Below are positions 59,356 through 64,000 of a stretch of 64,000 bases of DNA, in pieces; positions within the stretch are counted from its first letter, which is position 1, and each line of letters starts with the position of its first letter. The position numbers and the translations under genes were made by a program. The stretch lies in contig OZ024758.1 of assembly GCA_964016885.1 (NCBI GenBank), positions 434,001-498,000 of the forward strand. The letters run 5' to 3'. Under the pieces are notes generated by a model. That model was not told the origin of the DNA, searched no databases, and was given only the letters and a program-made list of their open reading frames with translations. The stretch comes from Eledone cirrhosa. Lineage: Eukaryota.

Positions 59356-59402
59356 ATTCTACAGGACTAGAACTGTTTCATTCATTTGAAATCATCAGGA
59401 AT
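59356..59402 (-). ncRNA. Type I hammerhead ribozyme (family E) in an inverted pLTR fragment
   Basis: Minus strand ATTC-CTGATGA-T-TTC-AAAT-GAA-T-GAAA-CAG..CTG-TA-GAAT, homologous to 42694. The insert (59339-59433) is bounded by (TA)n. Confidence 0.7.
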
Positions 59403-59447
59403 GTGGTTACCTCCGATTCAACCCGGAATAACGTATATATATATATT

Positions 59448-59481
<34 letters not shown>

Positions 59482-59565
59482 TTTATTTATATATATATAT
59501 ATGTATTTATATATGTATATATATGTATATGTATTTATATATGTATATATATATACATATATAAA

Positions 59566-60792
59566 TACATTGTGGGCTTATTTTTAATCAATTCGCTACA
59601 TAGGAAAATACCTGGTACTACCGGAGGTTTATATAGGGATGACATGCTTTTACTCATTAATAATAATAACCCTGAACTAAATAGAAAATGTAAACAAATT
59701 ACAAAATTTTTTAATTACTTTAACCTTAAAATAGAAATTGAGAACAACCATAGAATAGTCAATTTCCTAGATATAACATTAAATCTCAACACATGTCTCC
59801 ACTATCCTTTTCACAAGTTGAATGAGAGCTTAAACTATGTCAGCTTTAACTCTAACCACCCCAGATCTGTCAAAAACACTATAGTAAACTCAGTCCAAAA
59901 GCGTATCTCTAGGATCTCGTCGAATAGAAAGATTTTTGACGAAAAGGCCCAATACTATAATGATGCACTAGCTAGGGCAGGGTATGCTGATAAGATTGTG
60001 TACATAGATAATGATAAACAAACTAAACAAAGTAACAACTTTTTTAATTATGGCAACAACATTAACAACTATAATAGAAAGCATTACAATAATTCCAAAG
60101 GACAAAAAAGAAATAGAACTAGGAACATAATTTGGTTTGCCCCCCCTTTCTCACTAAACATTAAAACCCACATCGCTAAATTATTTTTCAAAGCTCTTGA
60201 TAATCGCTTCCCTAGAACACATAGGTACCACTCAATCTTCAATAGGCATACAATTAAATTAACCTATTCATCCACCAAAAATTTAGCACAAAATATTAAT
60301 AGAATAAATAATAGGAACTTAAAACCTACTGATAATAGCATAAATAATATACAAGTTAACAAATGTAACTGTAGAGATAGATCTAAATGTCCGTTAAATA
60401 ACAACTGCTTAGTTAAAAATATAGTATACAATTGTAATGTTAATACTGACTCTAATTCTTTTAACTACGTCGGTTCCACATCGACGGAATTTAAACTTCG
60501 CTATAATAACCACAAGAATTCTTTCACAGATCCAAATAAAAAATCTTCAACGGCACTATCAGGTGTACTCTGGCAACTTAAGCTAGATAACGTTAGATAT
60601 TCGACGGCTTGGAATATAGTCTCAAGAGGGATTCCTTTTAATTCATCCTCTGAGACATGTGACCTCTGCGCAGAGGAGATATTCTTTATACTAAAATCTA
60701 AAAATTCCCTTAACCTACGGACAAATTTATTCAGTTGTTGCAAACATAGATTAAACTCAACGTTTAAATATAAATTTAAATTTAAAATGTAG
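59566..60792 (+). CDS. 5'-truncated Penelope-like element ORF: RT C-terminal part, Cys-rich linker and GIY-YIG endonuclease
   Basis: GLYRDD (59632), VNFLDITL, NHPRS, IIWFAPPF, CNCRDRSKCPLNNNC, NIVY..YVGST..FKLRYNNH, STALS and CDLC..CCKH. The first 60 aa of the track ORF are microsatellite and pLTR, not protein. Confidence 0.92.
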   Translation, partial: YIVGLFLINSLHRKIPGTTGGLYRDDMLLLINNNNPELNRKCKQITKFFNYFNLKIEIENNHRIVNFLDITLNLNTCLHYPFHKLNESLNYVSFNSNHPRSVKNTIVNSVQKRISRISSNRKIFDEKAQYYNDALARAGYADKIVYIDNDKQTKQSNNFFNYGNNINNYNRKHYNNSKGQKRNRTRNIIWFAPPFSLNIKTHIAKLFFKALDNRFPRTHRYHSIFNRHTIKLTYSSTKNLAQNINRINNRNLKPTDNSINNIQVNKCNCRDRSKCPLNNNCLVKNIVYNCNVNTDSNSFNYVGSTSTEFKLRYNNHKNSFTDPNKKSSTALSGVLWQLKLDNVRYSTAWNIVSRGIPFNSSSETCDLCAEEIFFILKSKNSLNLRTNLFSCCKHRLNSTFKYKFKFKM

Positions 60793-61866
60793 TATATTTA
60801 GTTTGATTTATATTTATATGAGAACTAGCCGATAAATCTTTTGATTCCTAAATCTTTGATTCCCTCTTTTTACTGTTTATTTTATTGTATTTATTTTTAT
60901 TTTTATTTTTATTTTTATCTAAACATTCCTCATGAAAAATTAAGCTACCCTAAAAGCCGATGCTCCAAATTTTATGAATTAACCTTACACTTGATAAACT
61001 TATATATTAAATATAGGAACATATGTAGACATTATTGGACATCATAATCTTTTTTTTGCGATATTCCTTGCTAGGTGTGATTTGATAGATAATTTTTGGC
61101 TTTGTCTTGTAGTGAACTTGGCAATATATTGTCAATTAACCTTGAAGGGTTGTTCTTTGTGGTTTATTTTTTATTTTCATTTTTATTTTTATTTTTATTT
61201 TTATTTTTATTTTTATTCTTTTAGTATTGTAGTATTCTATAATATTTTTATATTTTTATTTTTTATTTTATTTTATTTTTATTTTTAATATTTTTATATG
61301 TAAAGTTTTAATACGTAATATTTTTAATACGTAGTATTTTTAATATGCAATATTTTTATTATGTAATATTCTTTCGTAATATTCTTTTTTAGTTTTCTAT
61401 TCTATATTTTTATATTTTTATATATTTTTACTTATTATCATTATTATTGTTATCTCTGCTTATAATATAATATATATTTTCGATTAGTATATTGAAATCT
61501 GCTCTCTATTTCTGCTTGATAGATAATCTTGTAGAGTAATCGCAAGAATAATAATACGCTCAAATGTTTATACCACATTGAGAATGTTTTCCGGTAACTT
61601 TGAATTTGCGGAGTGAATCAGTTGGATTCACATAGACATATGAATTTTTTTTAAAAACTAAACATAAGATAATGAATTTTCACGCATTGTGAATACTTGT
61701 TTCATTCAGGAATACTGATATTTACAATATAGTGTAAGTTTTATAAATACTAATACATTAAAACATAGGGTTTTCTACGCCTCGAATATGTCTGGCTATT
61801 TTTAAATTTTTCTCTCTCTATATCTCTCTATATCTCTCTATATCTCCCTTACATTAATACTTGAGC

Positions 61867-61901
<35 letters not shown>

Positions 61902-62282
61902 ATGCATCATTGATACACTTACTCAAAATGACCTCCCACTACCTAATTTTTCTATATCTATATTTATATATGTATCTATCTCTATTTCCTCTCTCTCTCT
62001 ATATATATATATATATATCTCTTTCGGTCTCTTTACATGAAGCTCTTCGCTTTATCTATTTTTCCATCTCTCTATTTTGTCCCATGCATTTCTTCTTTTT
62101 CTTCTTTTTTTTCTTCTTTTTCTTCCTTTTCTTCGTTTCGTCTTTCTTTCTTTCTTATTTCCCTCTTTTCTCTCTCTCTTTCTTTCTCTCTGTATTTTCA
62201 CTGCTAGAGTGAACCTCTTCAAATGAAGTTGATGTTTATTACGGTATGTCGAATATATTTATCTATAAAACTGTTTATATTG

Positions 62283-62348
62283 TATTTTGTCTGATGAAGG
62301 CATAGCATATTGTTAATATGATATCCCCGAAATATATATAATGAAATA
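62283..62348 (+). ncRNA. Type I hammerhead ribozyme (family D)
   Basis: TATTTTGT-CTGATGA-irregular stem II (GG..CATATT GTT AATATG..CC)-GAAA-TATATA-TA-ATGAAATA. The downstream tail is near-identical to that after 40951. Confidence 0.7.
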
Positions 62349-62447
62349 AATATGGTTTTATAAATATAGTTTTCCATTTATGTAATATTGTAGTGTATAT
62401 ATATATATGTATTTATATATATATATATGTATTTATATATTTATATG

Positions 62448-62502
<55 letters not shown>

Positions 62503-63277
62503 ATTTATATATATGTATGCAGTTGATGGCTGAGATTATTGAAAAATAAACCTAATTTTGGTAATTCAACGAGATTATCTTGGTCAGCCTATGAATATTT
62601 CAGCCGGCCCTCGTACAAGAATCTGGAGGTAAATGTGTAGAACGTATAGGTATATGTATCACATATATAAACAATGGAAAGGAAAACATAAATACAGTTA
62701 CATAAGACGAACACACAACTACATCTCTCCTTCGTCAGACACTTGCGTTATATACGTACATAAATCGTTATTGCCCCAATCGGTCCTGAAACACTAAACA
62801 CCCTAAAACCAACACTTACCTGCACTCATACCACCTGCCAAACCAACCCTCAATCACCCTCCAAATTCGGCAAACAAAACGCGAACCATCCACCTTCTTA
62901 CACCCGGCATACGTAACCAGACCACAACAGTCATCAAATGGGAAGACAGAAGTTATCAAGCTGCAGCTGTCATATTACTTAGTTTCTATATAATAAAACC
63001 AATAAAGCTATTGATATCTGCAGCGACTAAGACCCCATTACGTCATATGCTGTGCTTCACCTTCTCCCTTTCTCTCTCGACTCTCCATCCAGATGACGTG
63101 GAGTCACGTTACGTGAGGTCATATAATTCACAACTTAGTTTTATAAAAATTTGGTGAAGAAAACAAATAATTTAGTTCCTCAGTAACACAGCGGGTATAT
63201 ACTTTTAATGATAATAAACAAAATTAGGAAGTGCAAAACACTATCATTAACGATAAAGATAATATATAGGCAACAAG

Positions 63278-63480
63278 GATGTCTCTAGAGTTGCTGTACC
63301 TGCTAGATATAACAGCCAACTCACCTCAATCCGACCCCATCACCTAAAAATAGAAAAGGTACATTAGATAATGTAGACCTATATTTGAAAAAGAAAAAAA
63401 GCAGCATTGAAACCCCTATCAGTATCTATCCGTTTGATCAAGACCGAACTAACCTTCAACAACAACAACAACAACAACAG
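63278..63480 (+). repeat. Old interspersed retroposon-like repeat with a (CAA)n tail; diverged copies near 15040, 19560, 24630, 38700, 45590, 51600 (-) and 63625 (-)
   Basis: Recurrent CTGCTAGA..AGCAGCCAA..ACATTAGATAATGTAG..TTTGATCA..AACAACAAC pattern. Confidence 0.5.
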
Positions 63481-63932
63481 CAGCAGCAGCAGCTACATTA
63501 GAAAGAATTATAATCACTCAGGAAAACCAAGAAATGAAACAACACTATAGACAGTGCAACAACAAACAAAAGATTTCTCATATTGGTTCACTGACAAATT
63601 TACGGGAGAGAAGCTTAGTATGCATGTCGTTGTTATTTAGCCCCGGGTCAATTCTGATTGACAAGGCTCTATGATCTACGTCATTCAACATGTATGTAAG
63701 GACTACATTATCTATTATCACCTCTCCTATTGATGATGGAAGAGGTCATTTGAAGCAGATTTGCTCGTTATTTCTATCACATAGAGCAACCATATATATG
63801 AAATTAAATATTATTTTACTATTATATTACAGTATAGTGTGTTAAGTATTTCATAGTATTTTATTGTGTATTAGTTATCTTTTAGCTTGTCATAATATGT
63901 CAACTGTTTGGTAGGATGTTATTATGCAATCT

Positions 63933-64000
63933 GTGAAGGCGCGTGACCTCGTAGTTATAGTGTTGGGCTTACACTCTAACCGGGTGGGGTGTTGTGTCTC
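63933..64000 (+). mobile_element. SINE S2 head, decayed and cut by the window edge
   Basis: GTGAAGGCGCGTGACCTCGTAGTTATAGTGTTGG resembles 58863. Confidence 0.5.

Larger units (their letters stand above)
59566..62395 (+). mobile_element. Penelope-like retroelement in (TA)n: ORF, ~1.5-kb AT-rich 3' region, HHR-bearing pLTR
   Basis: ORF as above, a same-strand HHR at 62283, then the tail and (TA)n. Linkage of the HHR to this ORF is inferred from continuity. Confidence 0.7.

Noticed and set aside
59386-59565. N-terminal 60 aa of the 468-aa track ORF
   Set aside because: It is read-through across an inverted pLTR fragment and TA microsatellite, not PLE protein.
62700-62745. Minus-strand CTGACGA as a hammerhead
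   Set aside because: No downstream GAAA/NUH module was found; possibly deleted, but unsupported.

Overview
This is animal genomic DNA that is very AT-rich and saturated with microsatellites. The repeat content resembles cephalopod (Octopus-like) DNA, which is an inference. No complete host gene is visible, and nearly all ORFs in the track are translations of (TA)n, (CA)n, (CAT)n or (GAA)n tracts. The real content is mobile DNA. (1) A 5'-truncated Penelope-like element (PLE) has an open RT-to-GIY-YIG frame (59566-60792), and a second PLE C-terminal fragment (57252-57425) is missing from the ORF track. (2) I folded seven complete or near-complete minimal type I hammerhead ribozyme (HHR) motifs by eye, from five sequence families: 16254, 40891, 41858, 42694, 48847, 59356 and 62283. 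A sixth family is present only as HHR 3' halves (3781, 10040, 52684, 55747). Almost all lie in short inserts bounded by (TA)n, and many are fold-back (hairpin) insertions with junctions in or next to the ribozyme. (3) Other repeats are an RTE-type LINE with an inverted 5' segment, further RTE and R4/Dong-like LINE relics, tRNA-derived SINEs, a mariner-like MITE family, a decayed intron-containing tRNA-Tyr and a 64-bp minisatellite. Weak host signals are a candidate signal-peptide exon, an E2F-site cluster and two promoter/first-exon-like regions. The most interesting system is the set of (TA)n-associated, HHR-bearing PLE terminal repeats and their fold-back derivatives.
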